A DNA stretch of 64,000 nt, taken from Desulfatiglandales bacterium. GTDB lineage: Bacteria > Desulfobacterota > DSM-4660 > Desulfatiglandales > HGW-15. The stretch covers positions 2,496,001 through 2,560,000 of the forward strand of contig CAXXJJ010000004.1 in the NCBI GenBank assembly GCA_963667015.2, given 5' to 3'. How positions within the stretch are numbered: position 1 is the first letter of the stretch; each line of letters begins with the position of its first letter. The translations under genes were made by a program, and so were the position numbers. The notes under the pieces were generated by a model. The model was not told where the DNA came from and did no database searches. It saw only the letters and a list, made by a program, of their open reading frames with translations. Of this stretch, positions 48,632-59,930 are shown in pieces.

Positions 48632-50917
48632 ATGAATTTGAAGTTAAAAGTTCTTTTTATTACGGCAATAATGATGTTACTCACCCAGCCTGTCTGGGCT
48701 GAAGCGGAACAGGATGACAATGACGAGTACCAGCTTGAAACAGTAACAGTTATAGCAACAAAAACTCCAAAGGCGCCGCTGGATTCACCGGCAAGCGTTT
48801 CTATTATTCCCGAAGTTGTAATAGATGCATTTAATTCAGAACATCCCTTTAAGCCTCTGTTCAGGACAGAGGGGATATATCCCCGCCAGTACAGAGGACT
48901 TGCAGATTACTGGTCCCGCCCGATGATAAGGGGAAACAGGGCGCTTGTCATGGTCGACGGCCTCAACTGGTATGATTATGGACAGTACTATAACACCGGG
49001 GCCATCCCCATGACCGATGTAGAAAAAATAGAGGTGGTCCGTGGACCTTTTTCCGCACTTTACGGCACACTTGCCCAGACCGGTGTTATCAATTATATCA
49101 CCAAGATCTCCTATGAAACCGAGGCAAACGCATCTTTTTCCTATGGCACAGACAACACAAAATACTTTAGCGCTCGTATTGCCGGCCGCCCCTTTGCTGA
49201 CCCGTATGATCCTGAAAATCCTACCTGGGTGGAGAACACCCTTGGAGACAGCTTCTTCTATTCCATGAGCTTTAAATACAGGACAACCGACGGTTATGTT
49301 ACGAATCCCTATTATATAACCCCATCCAGCAACAACCTGGTAAGTGAAACTGACTCAACCGTCCCCGTGGCTACAAACGTGGCCACAGATCTCAATCCCC
49401 AGGGCGGAGCCACCCGCTACATTGTCGGGACCAACGGCAAAAACTGGTACGAGGATTACGGGGCATTTTTAAAAGCCGGATATGAATTTACAGATTATTC
49501 AAAAATCTGGTACAGCTTTAACGCCAGCCAGTTTGAATATGGATGGCTGGGAGGCAAAAGCTGTCTTGTGGATGCCAGCGGTAATCCCATTACATCGGGA
49601 CTTTTTTACCTTCAGAACGGCTCCGACACATACGGATACACCCTGACTGACACCACATTTACAGTAACCTCCTACCAAAAAGAATCATATGTTCACACCC
49701 TTCACTATGACTACTCTGTACCGGACAAGGTGGATGTAACCGCCCTTATTGGATACAACGACAAAGAAACACAGTCTCATTCGGTTTCCAGTGCCTATAC
49801 CAAGATTGAGGACAACGATCTTCTCCAGGCAGATGTCTCCGCCACCTTTTATATGATGGACAACCAGCTGCTTTTAACTGTGGGGTCCCAGGGGATTAAT
49901 GAGACAGCCACAGTCACCAAATACAACCTGTCCAGCCCAAGTGATCCTGACAGTCGAGTCTCGGTTCAAACAAAGGATTCTGGAGAAAGCCTGACCTGGG
50001 GTACCTTTATCCAGGCAGAATATACGCCCGTTGAATCCACCACTCTGTATCTGGGAGGACGGTATGACCACTGGTGGGCCACGGATACGGAGTATTATGA
50101 TATAAACGGAAACTATGCGGAAAGTGATGATGTTGATGACGGCCAGTTCAGCCCCAAAGCCTCCGTGGTTTACCGGCTAAAGGAAAACGGTGTGCTACGC
50201 GCATCCTATGGTAAATCATTCACCGCCCCATCTCTCTACTACAGAATCGCAAGTTACAGTTATTCGATTGGTGGGGAAACGGCCTATGCTGCTGGTAACC
50301 CTGACCTGGATCCCACTACAAACACGTCATGGGAACTGGGTACAGAGTGGGAGTTTCTTGACAAACACCTGCGTGTAAAAACCACCTACTTTGAGAACGA
50401 TTATGACGACCTCGTAGTAAATGCAACCAGGAGCTACGTAATAGACGGTGAAACGGTCAGCATAAAGAAACGGGTCAATGCCGAGTCGGCTGAAGTCAAC
50501 GGTATTGAAACCGGCATCGAGGCCATCCTGCCCATGAATCTGAAAGGCGGTATTCACTATACTCATCACTGGTCCGAGTATACCCATACCGAAGGAAACA
50601 GCAGAGACGGCTGGGAGGTTGATGAGGTCCCCACGGATATCTTTAACCTGTGGCTTGGATATTTTACCGATTTCCTGGACGCCTCAATTAACCTGAGATA
50701 CTCTGACAGCGTTTATGACGACAAGCGTGATCCGGATGCAAGTTCAGTTTTTAACGATTACACTGACTCCTTTATTGTTGATGCCCAGATAACCATCAAA
50801 CCCAGCAGAATGCTGGCGTTTTCCCTGTCAGTGGATAACCTTCTGGATGAAGAATACTATGAATACTACCAGGGGCCCGGCAGATCATTACTTGGATCAG
50901 TCAGTATTTCATTTTAA
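48632..50917 (+). CDS. TonB-dependent outer-membrane receptor
   Basis: Signal peptide, TonB box ETVTV, IEVVRGP.SALYG..GVIN.IT, NLLD..Y and C-terminal F. Confidence 0.95.
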   Translation: MNLKLKVLFITAIMMLLTQPVWAEAEQDDNDEYQLETVTVIATKTPKAPLDSPASVSIIPEVVIDAFNSEHPFKPLFRTEGIYPRQYRGLADYWSRPMIRGNRALVMVDGLNWYDYGQYYNTGAIPMTDVEKIEVVRGPFSALYGTLAQTGVINYITKISYETEANASFSYGTDNTKYFSARIAGRPFADPYDPENPTWVENTLGDSFFYSMSFKYRTTDGYVTNPYYITPSSNNLVSETDSTVPVATNVATDLNPQGGATRYIVGTNGKNWYEDYGAFLKAGYEFTDYSKIWYSFNASQFEYGWLGGKSCLVDASGNPITSGLFYLQNGSDTYGYTLTDTTFTVTSYQKESYVHTLHYDYSVPDKVDVTALIGYNDKETQSHSVSSAYTKIEDNDLLQADVSATFYMMDNQLLLTVGSQGINETATVTKYNLSSPSDPDSRVSVQTKDSGESLTWGTFIQAEYTPVESTTLYLGGRYDHWWATDTEYYDINGNYAESDDVDDGQFSPKASVVYRLKENGVLRASYGKSFTAPSLYYRIASYSYSIGGETAYAAGNPDLDPTTNTSWELGTEWEFLDKHLRVKTTYFENDYDDLVVNATRSYVIDGETVSIKKRVNAESAEVNGIETGIEAILPMNLKGGIHYTHHWSEYTHTEGNSRDGWEVDEVPTDIFNLWLGYFTDFLDASINLRYSDSVYDDKRDPDASSVFNDYTDSFIVDAQITIKPSRMLAFSLSVDNLLDEEYYEYYQGPGRSLLGSVSISF

Positions 50918-50946
50918 GGAAACCTGAAGGGACCATAACATTCACT

Positions 50947-50990
50947 GATGCGGTTACTGCCGGCTTGATAAATCAGGCAGTAACCGCATC
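50947..50990 (+). other. Stable intercistronic hairpin after the TonB receptor
   Basis: gatgcggttactgcc ... ggcagtaaccgcatc without a T tract. Confidence 0.65.
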
Positions 50991-51016
50991 CATAAACACT
51001 TTATAAATGGAACAGC

Positions 51017-51757
51017 ATGGACACTGTAAAATTTTCAATAAAAAACTACTGGAACTGGAGGAGCAACAGCTTCGGCCATGACTCTGATAAATCTGCTGCC
51101 ATTGCAGATAGATGGGAGTCTATCATAAAAGAGCTGGCTTCACAGGCCCCGGGCCTGCGTGCCCTGGATATCGGAACAGGAACAGGACAACTCGCAGTAT
51201 ACCTCGCCTGTTCCGGTTTTAATGTTACGGGCATTGATCTTGCGGATAAAATGATCTCAAGTGCAAAAAAATACGCTGAAAGCCAGATGCTCGATATTGA
51301 TTTTCATATGGGTGATGCAGAAGAACTTAAGTTCGAAGACAACAGTTTTGATATAGTAGTCTCCCGCAACCTGCTCTGGACACTACCTCACCCTGATAAG
51401 GCACTGAAAGAGTGGCGAAGGGTGTTAAAGCCCGATGGAAAATTGATTGTATGTGACGGCTTCTGGCTGAATACAACATGGAAACGCATTCATCATCTGG
51501 CCTATAAGATACTTAAAGGAATATTTAAAAACAGGAACCTGGTTTCTCTTCGTTTCTTTCTGAGCTATGCGGGTGCTCAGAGATCACTTCCATTATATGA
51601 GGGCATAAGCTTTGAGAAAATCAGTTCTCTTCTCAATGCTGCCTGCTTCAGACAGATACAATCCTATGACACATGCTGCCTTGACTTTTATCCCTATGGA
51701 AAGATAAGATGCGATGGAAATGAACCTTCATTCTTTATTGCCCATGCGAAAAAATAA
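51017..51757 (+). CDS. Class I SAM-dependent methyltransferase
   Basis: LDIGTGTG, GDAE.L.F, FD.V.SRNLLW and RVLKP.G motifs. Confidence 0.92.
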   Translation: MDTVKFSIKNYWNWRSNSFGHDSDKSAAIADRWESIIKELASQAPGLRALDIGTGTGQLAVYLACSGFNVTGIDLADKMISSAKKYAESQMLDIDFHMGDAEELKFEDNSFDIVVSRNLLWTLPHPDKALKEWRRVLKPDGKLIVCDGFWLNTTWKRIHHLAYKILKGIFKNRNLVSLRFFLSYAGAQRSLPLYEGISFEKISSLLNAACFRQIQSYDTCCLDFYPYGKIRCDGNEPSFFIAHAKK

Positions 51758-53300
51758 CCGTTCCGGATATTCCATTATACTGCTTATTCTCCTTTTAGCG
51801 GCATCAGCATCTCCCGGTATTTACGCTGAACGATCCGACGAACTCATCATTGCAAAACCCTTTGGCCCATCCATAAAAGGCCCTGACCCGGCCCTGGGCT
51901 CCAACGGCTGGTATACAGGCGAGGCAGGTGTAACAGAAACCCTGTTTATGCTTGATCTTGAAATGAACCTGAAACCCTGGCTTGCGGAGGAATATAAAAA
52001 TATCAGCCCTTTAATATGGGAGATTAAACTAAAAGAAGGGATGCTGTTTCATGACAAAACACCTGTAAACGCTGCTGCGGTTAAATGGTGTCTTGAAAGG
52101 ATCATAGATAAAGAGAGCAGCACTTTCAATATCCGCACACAGCAAATGCTGGATATCAAGACTATTACGATCAAAGACAGCAGGACACTGATATTTGAAA
52201 CCAGTAAGCCAAATGCCGCTTTTTTGTATTATTTGACATCACCAGGCACTGCAATTATAAGCCCCGGGAGCGGCAGGAAAAATATATATGCTACCGGCCC
52301 TTTTCTGCTTGAAGAAGTGATCCCAAAGGAGAAAATGAATGTTTCACGCTTTGATGACTACTGGGGCAGCAGGGCAAAACTTTCAAAAGTACAACTGAAT
52401 ATCATAAGCAATCCAGCCACCCGAATGCTGGCCTTTGAGGCCGGTCAACTGGACATTGCAACAAACTTTCCTGAAAATGATGTTAAACGACTCTCATCCC
52501 GCAAAGATATTCAAATTTACAGTAAGCCCACCAATCGGCTTTGCTTCCTCTTTGCCAGGGTAGCGGATGGTCCTTTAAAGGACCTGAAGGTACGCATGGC
52601 CCTTAACTATGCCATCAACAGGCAGGAGCTTATTGACACGGTACTGGCAGGTGTGGGGGGGCAGATCGGGGCATCGATTTTTCCGGAAATCCTCCCATGG
52701 TGTAACCGGGATTTGCATCCCTACCCCTATGATCCGGATATGGCAAAATCACTCCTGACGGAAGCGGGAGCTTTGGACAGCAATAAAGACGGGATTCTGG
52801 AAATAGAAGGAAAACCCCTTGTCCTGAACATGTGGACTTATGAAGGCCGTGCATCCTTAAAACCTATCCTTGAGCTGATACAGGCACAGTTAAACAGGGT
52901 GGGGATACAGACAAACCTGAAGGTGACCAAAACAGGCTCGCCAATTAATCAGGCAATGAAGAGAGGAAATGTTAATCTAAATCTACAGATGTGGAACAGC
53001 GCACCGGAAGGTGATCCTGATTATTTTATATCCAACGTATTCAAGAGCGGTGCAGGATCTAACTTTATGGAATTCAGAAATCAGGAACTGGATGAATTGA
53101 CTGAAAAAGGAAAAATTACTTTTGATCCTGCGGAACGTAAAATCATTTATAACCGGATACAGGAAATAATTTATAATGAAAGTCCAGTGATTGTGCTATT
53201 CAATAAAACCATGATATCAGCAGTTTATAATCATGTGGGAGGCTTCCGCATTCATCCTGCTGAAAAATATCTTTTAACACCAGACCTGTATCGTAAATAA
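51744..53300 (+). CDS. ABC substrate-binding protein, family 5 (NikA/DppA-like)
   Basis: PWLAE..., FHD, ATGPF and VR.ALNYAINR motifs. Confidence 0.9.
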   Translation: MRKNNRSGYSIILLILLLAASASPGIYAERSDELIIAKPFGPSIKGPDPALGSNGWYTGEAGVTETLFMLDLEMNLKPWLAEEYKNISPLIWEIKLKEGMLFHDKTPVNAAAVKWCLERIIDKESSTFNIRTQQMLDIKTITIKDSRTLIFETSKPNAAFLYYLTSPGTAIISPGSGRKNIYATGPFLLEEVIPKEKMNVSRFDDYWGSRAKLSKVQLNIISNPATRMLAFEAGQLDIATNFPENDVKRLSSRKDIQIYSKPTNRLCFLFARVADGPLKDLKVRMALNYAINRQELIDTVLAGVGGQIGASIFPEILPWCNRDLHPYPYDPDMAKSLLTEAGALDSNKDGILEIEGKPLVLNMWTYEGRASLKPILELIQAQLNRVGIQTNLKVTKTGSPINQAMKRGNVNLNLQMWNSAPEGDPDYFISNVFKSGAGSNFMEFRNQELDELTEKGKITFDPAERKIIYNRIQEIIYNESPVIVLFNKTMISAVYNHVGGFRIHPAEKYLLTPDLYRK

Positions 53301-53317
53301 ACTCAGGGCAGAAAGAA

Positions 53318-55135
53318 ATGCATCAGGGCGCTGCAACATTAAAACCGATTCTTAATGTTAAGGATCTTGTCGTTGATTTTCCGGGTAAGAAATACGATTC
53401 AAGGATCATCTCCGGACTGAATCTTTTCCTTAACAGGGGTGAAACCCTTGGCATTGTCGGTCAATCAGGTAGCGGTAAAAGCGTTTTTGCAAGAACACTT
53501 GTCAGGCTGGAATCCCCTGGGAAAATAATCTCCGGATCTATTATCCTTGACGACCATGAGCTTGCCAATGGAGACAGGCATAAGATAAACGGATTCAGAG
53601 GGCGGAAGATATCCCTTGTGCTGCAGGATCCCGGAAGCTCAATGGATCCGGTATTTACAATGGGTCGGCAATTCAGAGAACTTCTCTCCATTCATTCCAA
53701 CTCTGATGAAATTCCCAAAAACGGGGCAGCACAGAATAAAAAGATATTTGAGCTTCTTCAGGACGTAAGTATTGCATCGCCTGAAGAACGATGCAGGCAG
53801 TATCCCCATCAATGGAGCAGGGGAATGCTACAGCGGGCGCAGCTGCAGATGGCCTTTTCCACCAGGCCGGAAGTGGTAATAATGGATGAAATAACATCGG
53901 CCCTTGATCCCACTATCACGATGCAGGTACTCAGGCTGGTATCTGACTATAAAAAACAACAGGGAACCTCGATTATCTTCATTACCCATGACCTCTCGGT
54001 TGCAATGGAGATCTGCGACAGAATCGCGGTCATGCAAAAAGGCAGGATCGTTGAGACAGGCAAGGCGAGTGAGATAATTGATAATCCATCTCATCCATAT
54101 ACCAGGCAGCTTATATCGGGCATATTCCCCAAAACCGGTAGAGTTTTTGTAAACTCTAAAGATACCCTGCTCAGTACGAAAAATCTCTCTGTAAAATTTT
54201 CTTTTGGCTCGGGAAATTTTCTGTCCAGACGTTCATTTTATGCAGTAAAAAATGTCAATCTTGATATCGGACGAAAGGAGATATTTTGCCTGATCGGAGA
54301 AAGCGGTTCAGGAAAAACAACCCTGATGAACGGGATACTGGGATTCTGTCCCTACCAGGAGGGTGAAATTATCTTTGATAAACAAACCGCAGGATGCCCC
54401 GGGGATACAATTCATCAAAGACTTAAAAAGCAATCCCAGGTAGTCTTCCAGAATCCTATTTCTTCTTTGAATCCTTATCTTTCTCTAAAACAATCCATCA
54501 TCGAACCTTTGCTGGCCAGAGGGATTTCCAAAAAGGAAAGCAAAAAAAAGGCATACAGGCTGGCGGCAGAAACCGGACTGCCTGATTTTATTCTTGAACA
54601 AAAGCCGGGAAAAGTATCTGTCGGGCAGAATCAAAGGGTCTGTATTGCCCGTGCCCTTTCTACCGAACCTGATATATTATTTCTTGATGAACCCTTGAGT
54701 GCACTGGATGCCGTAAACAGGAAGGATATTGCAGACCTGCTTTTCAGGTTGAAGGAAAGTCATGGACTGACATGCTTTCTCATTAGCCATGACCTGGGCC
54801 TTGTCAGAAATATCGGCACTACCGTGGCGGTTATGTACCTGGGAAGAATAGTTGAAAAGTCGCCGGTAAAAGATTTCTTTTCAGGGGCATGTCATCCATA
54901 TTCACAGGCCCTGCTAACAAATGCCCTCAGCCACGAATTCCATGAAAAAAACCGGATTATTATCAAAGGGGATATTCCTTCTCCACATAATCCGCCACCC
55001 GGTTGTGTATTTCATCCGAGATGTCCCAAAAGGCTTCCGATATGCAAAACAAAGATCCCCTCAATAAGAAAGATTAATGAACATCATGAGGTTTTTTGTC
55101 ATTTGTATCAACCAGATCCAATGGGACATTTCTAA
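53318..55135 (+). CDS. Fused double ABC ATPase (NikDE/DppDF-like)
   Basis: Two Walker A motifs (GQSGSGKS, GESGSGKT), HPYT/HPYS and GC.FHPRC. Confidence 0.92.
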   Translation: MHQGAATLKPILNVKDLVVDFPGKKYDSRIISGLNLFLNRGETLGIVGQSGSGKSVFARTLVRLESPGKIISGSIILDDHELANGDRHKINGFRGRKISLVLQDPGSSMDPVFTMGRQFRELLSIHSNSDEIPKNGAAQNKKIFELLQDVSIASPEERCRQYPHQWSRGMLQRAQLQMAFSTRPEVVIMDEITSALDPTITMQVLRLVSDYKKQQGTSIIFITHDLSVAMEICDRIAVMQKGRIVETGKASEIIDNPSHPYTRQLISGIFPKTGRVFVNSKDTLLSTKNLSVKFSFGSGNFLSRRSFYAVKNVNLDIGRKEIFCLIGESGSGKTTLMNGILGFCPYQEGEIIFDKQTAGCPGDTIHQRLKKQSQVVFQNPISSLNPYLSLKQSIIEPLLARGISKKESKKKAYRLAAETGLPDFILEQKPGKVSVGQNQRVCIARALSTEPDILFLDEPLSALDAVNRKDIADLLFRLKESHGLTCFLISHDLGLVRNIGTTVAVMYLGRIVEKSPVKDFFSGACHPYSQALLTNALSHEFHEKNRIIIKGDIPSPHNPPPGCVFHPRCPKRLPICKTKIPSIRKINEHHEVFCHLYQPDPMGHF

Positions 55136-56071
55136 ATGTTAAGATTCATAGCAAAACGCATAGTCACTGCAATCCTTGTTTTTATTGGCGTTACCTTTCT
55201 TACCTACGCCATGATGCTGTTTGCCCCCGGTGATGCCCCGATGGAAATAGCTGTTGCCAGATATGGCGGGCAGAGCATGGTTGATGAGTCAACCATTGAA
55301 TGGATAGCTCAAAAGGAAGGATTGGACGCCCCCTTCTACAAACAGTATTATCACTGGTTCAGGCATGTAATCTGTTTTGATTTAGGGGTATCACTCGTTG
55401 AGGAGGTGCCGGTATGGGAGATTATCAGTTCCCGATTCAGTCGAACTCTTGATCTTGCAGCAGCAGCTATCTGCATTGCGCTGATAATATCCGTGCCAAT
55501 CGGTATTATTTCGGGAGTCAGGCAGGGTTCGCGGCTGGATTCCCTTGGAGTGTCATTTGCAGTAACCGGTGTTTCCATACCCAATTACTGGCTGGGACTG
55601 GTTCTTATTGTTATTTTTTCAGTAAAGCTTCACTGGCTTCCAGGCTTTGGCAGAGGAGACTGGCAGCACATTATCCTTCCGGCCATAACTCTCGGAACAT
55701 GTCTTACAGCCTACACAACCAGGATTCTTCGTTCCGCAGTCATAGATATATTGCACTCTCAGTACCTCCTTGCCCTCCGTGCCAGGGGCATTAACAGCAG
55801 GCTGGCGCTTGGATCTCATATTTTAAAGAATGCCATGATACCAGTGATCACCGTTGTGGGGCTGGAATTCGGGATGATACTTGAGGGCGCAGTAATAACT
55901 GAAACCATTTTTGCATGGCCCGGCCTTGGAGATCTTATGGTCACGGCAGTAAGCAACAGGGATTACCCCCTTATACAGGGCATGGTGCTGTTTACTGCTA
56001 TAATTTTTGTATTCATTAACTTTATTGTTGATATTATCTATAAATGTCTTGATCCACGGATTCGATTATAA
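55136..56071 (+). CDS. ABC permease (NikB/DppB-like)
   Basis: PGD, ETIFAWPGLG, RDYP and DPRI motifs. Confidence 0.92.
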   Translation: MLRFIAKRIVTAILVFIGVTFLTYAMMLFAPGDAPMEIAVARYGGQSMVDESTIEWIAQKEGLDAPFYKQYYHWFRHVICFDLGVSLVEEVPVWEIISSRFSRTLDLAAAAICIALIISVPIGIISGVRQGSRLDSLGVSFAVTGVSIPNYWLGLVLIVIFSVKLHWLPGFGRGDWQHIILPAITLGTCLTAYTTRILRSAVIDILHSQYLLALRARGINSRLALGSHILKNAMIPVITVVGLEFGMILEGAVITETIFAWPGLGDLMVTAVSNRDYPLIQGMVLFTAIIFVFINFIVDIIYKCLDPRIRL

Positions 56072-56940
56072 TGAGTACTGATAATTATATCCCCGGCCAG
56101 ACTGCTGACAGGAAAATATCTGCATATTCCCTTTTTAAAAACCCTGTACTGTCCGTTGCTGCGATTATAGTGATACTGGTCTTTTTTATCGCAGTCTTTG
56201 GTCCTGTGCTTTCTCCCCATAATCCCCTTAAGACGGATATGACCTTAAGGCTGGCAGCCCCTTCCCTTGAATACCCCTTTGGTAATGATACCCTGGGGAG
56301 ATGTGTTTTTTCACGCATTTTAACAGGTACCCGAATGTCAATAGGGCTCGGGATATCCATTGTTGCAATTTCATGCATTCTGGGAGTACTGGTAGGACTT
56401 ATCGCCGGTTATCATGGTGGATTTGCAGATGAATTTCTAATGAGAATTGCGGACATGTTTCTTTCTCTTCCTGAAATTGTAGCAGCCATGACTATTGCAG
56501 GTATTTTAGGACCGGGCACTTTAAACCTTATTTTTGCCTTTTCAATAACTGGCTGGATGCGTTATGCAAGGCTAGTGAGGGGGATAACCCTGTCCGTCAG
56601 GGAACAGGACTATGTGAAATCAGCACAGCATTCAGGGGTTTCAAAGGCCACCATTATTTTTCGCCATATACTTCCCGCAAATATCGGATCAATCATTGTT
56701 ATCGCTACAATCGGTATGGCAAAGGCCGTTATCTCGGTATCGGCCCTTGGTTTTTTAGGATTCGGTGTCCAGCCGCCCAACCCGGAATGGGGCACTTTGC
56801 TTATGGAAGGGAAAGACTACATCATGAGCGCACCGCATCTTTCAATATATCCCGGAATAGCTATTATGCTTTCCGCCCTGGCTTTTAATCTCATCGGGGA
56901 TAAATTGAGGGATTTATGGGATTTGAAACAACAGGGATAA
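56071..56940 (+). CDS. ABC permease (NikC/DppC-like)
   Basis: FGND.LGR, RH.LP, LGFG.QPP.PEWG and GD.LRD motifs. Confidence 0.92.
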   Translation: MSTDNYIPGQTADRKISAYSLFKNPVLSVAAIIVILVFFIAVFGPVLSPHNPLKTDMTLRLAAPSLEYPFGNDTLGRCVFSRILTGTRMSIGLGISIVAISCILGVLVGLIAGYHGGFADEFLMRIADMFLSLPEIVAAMTIAGILGPGTLNLIFAFSITGWMRYARLVRGITLSVREQDYVKSAQHSGVSKATIIFRHILPANIGSIIVIATIGMAKAVISVSALGFLGFGVQPPNPEWGTLLMEGKDYIMSAPHLSIYPGIAIMLSALAFNLIGDKLRDLWDLKQQG

Positions 56941-56991
56941 TCATGTTTTTTAAATACCCCGCCCTCACAGGCGAGGCATCTGATTATATTA

Positions 56992-57840
56992 CTATATTGT
57001 CTTGAGTTTAATAGCTTCCTTGTTTTTGCGTATAAACTTAAACTCTCTTATCCTGTTCGGATGAATAATAAGGATAAAAATCCCTCCTACAATATTCCCT
57101 AGGGTAACAGGGACAATATTACAAAAACTTACTCCGAGCTCGGAAAAGGAAGCCCCTCCGGCCAGAAGTCCCAGGGGAATAAGATACATATTGGCAACAC
57201 AGTGTTCATAACCTGAAGCAACAAAGGCCATGATAGGAAGAATACAGCAGAATACTTTTGAAATTATATCCTTTGACATGGTTGCCATCAAAACGGCAAG
57301 CACTACCAGGATATTACATAAAATCCCCCTTAAAAACGCCTCACAAAAGGGTAAGGCTATTTTTGCATCTGCTACCTTCTGTGCAAGGGTACCCAGGTCG
57401 TTTAATTTGTCCGGCATTCCCAGCAGGCCGCTTTCCCATACAATAATTACAAGAAGGATTGATCCGATAAAATTACCTATGTAGACTGTAATCCAGTTTT
57501 TAATTATTTTAGGGACAGAGTAAAGGGATATTACTGTATTAACAAACATAATAATATTACCTGTAAACAATTCCGCCCCGGCGATAACAACAAGTACCAG
57601 GCCGACACTGAAAACAGCGCCTCCAACAATCTTCCCCATTCCCTGCTGCAGGGCAACCAGGAAGACATGTCCTCCAAAGCCTATATATAATCCTGCAAGT
57701 ATTCCGAGCAATAACAACTGCCACACCTTTGTGTTGGCCTTTTTTATACCCAATGCCATCACTCTCTGGTTTAATTCATTAACCGACAATGCCGGTTCAT
57801 ATTGCATTCCGTTATTTTCTGCCACTATGATTCTCCTCAA
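56992..57840 (-). CDS. Formate/nitrite transporter (FNT)
   Basis: GAELFTGN, GILCN.LV, GYEHCVANM and TLGNIVGG motifs. Confidence 0.92.
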   Translation of the reverse strand: MRRIIVAENNGMQYEPALSVNELNQRVMALGIKKANTKVWQLLLLGILAGLYIGFGGHVFLVALQQGMGKIVGGAVFSVGLVLVVIAGAELFTGNIIMFVNTVISLYSVPKIIKNWITVYIGNFIGSILLVIIVWESGLLGMPDKLNDLGTLAQKVADAKIALPFCEAFLRGILCNILVVLAVLMATMSKDIISKVFCCILPIMAFVASGYEHCVANMYLIPLGLLAGGASFSELGVSFCNIVPVTLGNIVGGIFILIIHPNRIREFKFIRKNKEAIKLKTI

Positions 57841-58133
57841 TATAAAAATAATACCTTTAAAAAATACACATAAACAGGAGAGATCTCCTTTCAGAAATCT
57901 CTCTCAACACTAGCCTAATTTTAATATGGTGTTTTGCTGCACCTCAGTAAACTCATGAGGGTAGCTATAACGGAAGGTAATCAGTTGGAGTATCATCCTG
58001 AAGTATTATTTGATATGTACTTCACCCCATATGGCATAAATTCCAGCCTGCCTACACTGTCCCTTAAATATCTACTTAAATATGGACCAATCCTTCTTAG
58101 GATTATTCCCTTTTTTTTACGCTGCTTTCTTCA

Positions 58134-58703
58134 CTATACGGAGCGTCGCGTTTCATCGATAATCTTCCGCATCCATTCGGGGATTTGGACATCCTTTCTG
58201 GGATAGAAATCCATGACATATGGCTTGATATCAATAACAGGGGTTCTGTCAATAGCATCAAGGCCGGAAACCTGAATCACATTTTCAACTCTTTTATGCA
58301 GCTTAACAACAGTCATCAATACAGGATTTGGCCGGGCCGGGCTGCAGGTGGAAAATATTCCTCTTAAGGGATTTTCCTTCCTTCCCATTGGATGGACCCT
58401 GGTCAAAAGGCGACTGGCCTCAGGGACCCTGTGTCCCCAGTACAGAACCACAAGATGAGAATATTCTTCTATGCCATCAAGGAGTTTAAAAAAAGGTTTA
58501 CCTATAATAATCTCAGACATGGCGTTTGTGGATGCATTAACCCGTTTTTTGATTTCATCCATGGAGCCCTGCATCTTTATTCCATCATCTCCGGCCTTTA
58601 AAAACGGCTCTTTTATATTGTTACAGATAATGCCAACAACCCTCAATATCATGCTGCTCGGCATTTCTTCTGACAGATATGGTAATTTTTTAATATTTTC
58701 CAC
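58134..58703 (-). CDS. TsaA/TrmO family SAM-binding protein
   Basis: G.F.T.SP.RPNP and GLDAID.TPVIDIKPY motifs. Confidence 0.88.
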   Translation of the reverse strand: MENIKKLPYLSEEMPSSMILRVVGIICNNIKEPFLKAGDDGIKMQGSMDEIKKRVNASTNAMSEIIIGKPFFKLLDGIEEYSHLVVLYWGHRVPEASRLLTRVHPMGRKENPLRGIFSTCSPARPNPVLMTVVKLHKRVENVIQVSGLDAIDRTPVIDIKPYVMDFYPRKDVQIPEWMRKIIDETRRSV

Positions 58704-58723
58704 AATATCACTCCTGACTGTAT

Positions 58724-58924
58724 CTATTCTAACTTCTGAAGTGCCTTTTCCAGCTTTTCATTACTTTGAGTAACCAACGCTGCCATTTCCCTGATATACC
58801 CTGCACTCTCTTCTTTCCCTGCGGCTTCAAGTTCAGTTGCAAAGGTCTCATACTCCTCAACATGTGAATGGTTATGTTTAAGCCAGTGTTCAATCCTTAT
58901 TTTTGCTTTTTCATCGCTATACAT
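58724..58924 (-). CDS. Small helical protein with HW..HN..H motif (putative metal binding)
   Basis: EHWLKHNHSHVEEY; AGGAG RBS. Confidence 0.7.
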   Translation of the reverse strand: MYSDEKAKIRIEHWLKHNHSHVEEYETFATELEAAGKEESAGYIREMAALVTQSNEKLEKALQKLE

Positions 58925-58937
58925 TATTTTTCTCCTT

Positions 58938-59903
58938 TTATTGCAGGTTGTATTGTTTACACTCACTGCAGACATGATTAAAACATGAGATGCAGTAAGT
59001 TCTGTTCCGGTACTCTACAGAGCGGTTTTTTAATACCTGGTGACTGCAATGGCTGCATGTAATGTAAATACTCGGGACTTCATAGAACAGCTGTCCTTTC
59101 TCAATCTCCTCGCAGTCGAAAAGTTCATCAGTCGTCATTGAAAAAAGCTTTTCTATACGCCCATCCATTAATTTTTGAAATCGGACTGCCTCCTCCAGTG
59201 ATATGCCACTGTTTATAATCTTCTGTTCCAGGTTATCGAATTCATACTCGTCACCATACTTCTGCGGCCTTAACGAAAACATAAAGCTTGTTCCTGTCTC
59301 ATTTATTACAAGTGAATAGACATGCTTTCCAAAATCCATGACCTGCAGCCGCTGGTTTCCAAAGGTTGCGCCCAGCAGAATCTGTATGGCATCTATTGCT
59401 GATGTACAGTTCTGTGCCAGAATTGATATACTGACATTCAATCCACTCGCTTCAGAAACCAGCTGCTGGATATACTCACTGAGTTTTGCACCAATAATAA
59501 GATCAGGGCAAAGGTGCCCGTGGAAATCCACCAGTCTTTTCATAGTCATATTTAAAAGCATCTTCCGATCCTCCCTGTAAAAAGCCATTAATTCCCGGTC
59601 TTCCAGAACCCTGAAGCATAAAACCCAGTTTCCTTCGCATATCTCGAAACGCTGGCCGGAATTACGGGTATGGAAATAAATAAAGAAAACCTCACCCCTG
59701 TCCACATTCACAAGGAATCCGTTGGAGTAAAGCCCCTCCTTCTTTAAAAACTTGCCAAGCACCTCCCTGATTACATAGGTCTTTTCCCTGTAGATAAAGG
59801 AAAGAGGTGTTTGTCCGGCATTGTCAAAATCAACAGGAACCTTTGTCTGGATATACTCCACCAGATCATACTGAATGGAGCGCAGGGCTTCGGATTTTTC
59901 CAT
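58938..59903 (-). CDS. FmdE family protein with N-terminal extension and C-terminal Zn finger
   Basis: FHGHLCP, C..DAIQ...G.T.GN, D.GK and CSHC...CISC motifs. Confidence 0.88.
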   Translation of the reverse strand: MEKSEALRSIQYDLVEYIQTKVPVDFDNAGQTPLSFIYREKTYVIREVLGKFLKKEGLYSNGFLVNVDRGEVFFIYFHTRNSGQRFEICEGNWVLCFRVLEDRELMAFYREDRKMLLNMTMKRLVDFHGHLCPDLIIGAKLSEYIQQLVSEASGLNVSISILAQNCTSAIDAIQILLGATFGNQRLQVMDFGKHVYSLVINETGTSFMFSLRPQKYGDEYEFDNLEQKIINSGISLEEAVRFQKLMDGRIEKLFSMTTDELFDCEEIEKGQLFYEVPSIYITCSHCSHQVLKNRSVEYRNRTYCISCFNHVCSECKQYNLQ

Positions 59904-59930
59904 ACTGGGTTTTCCTTATATTGGTTCAAT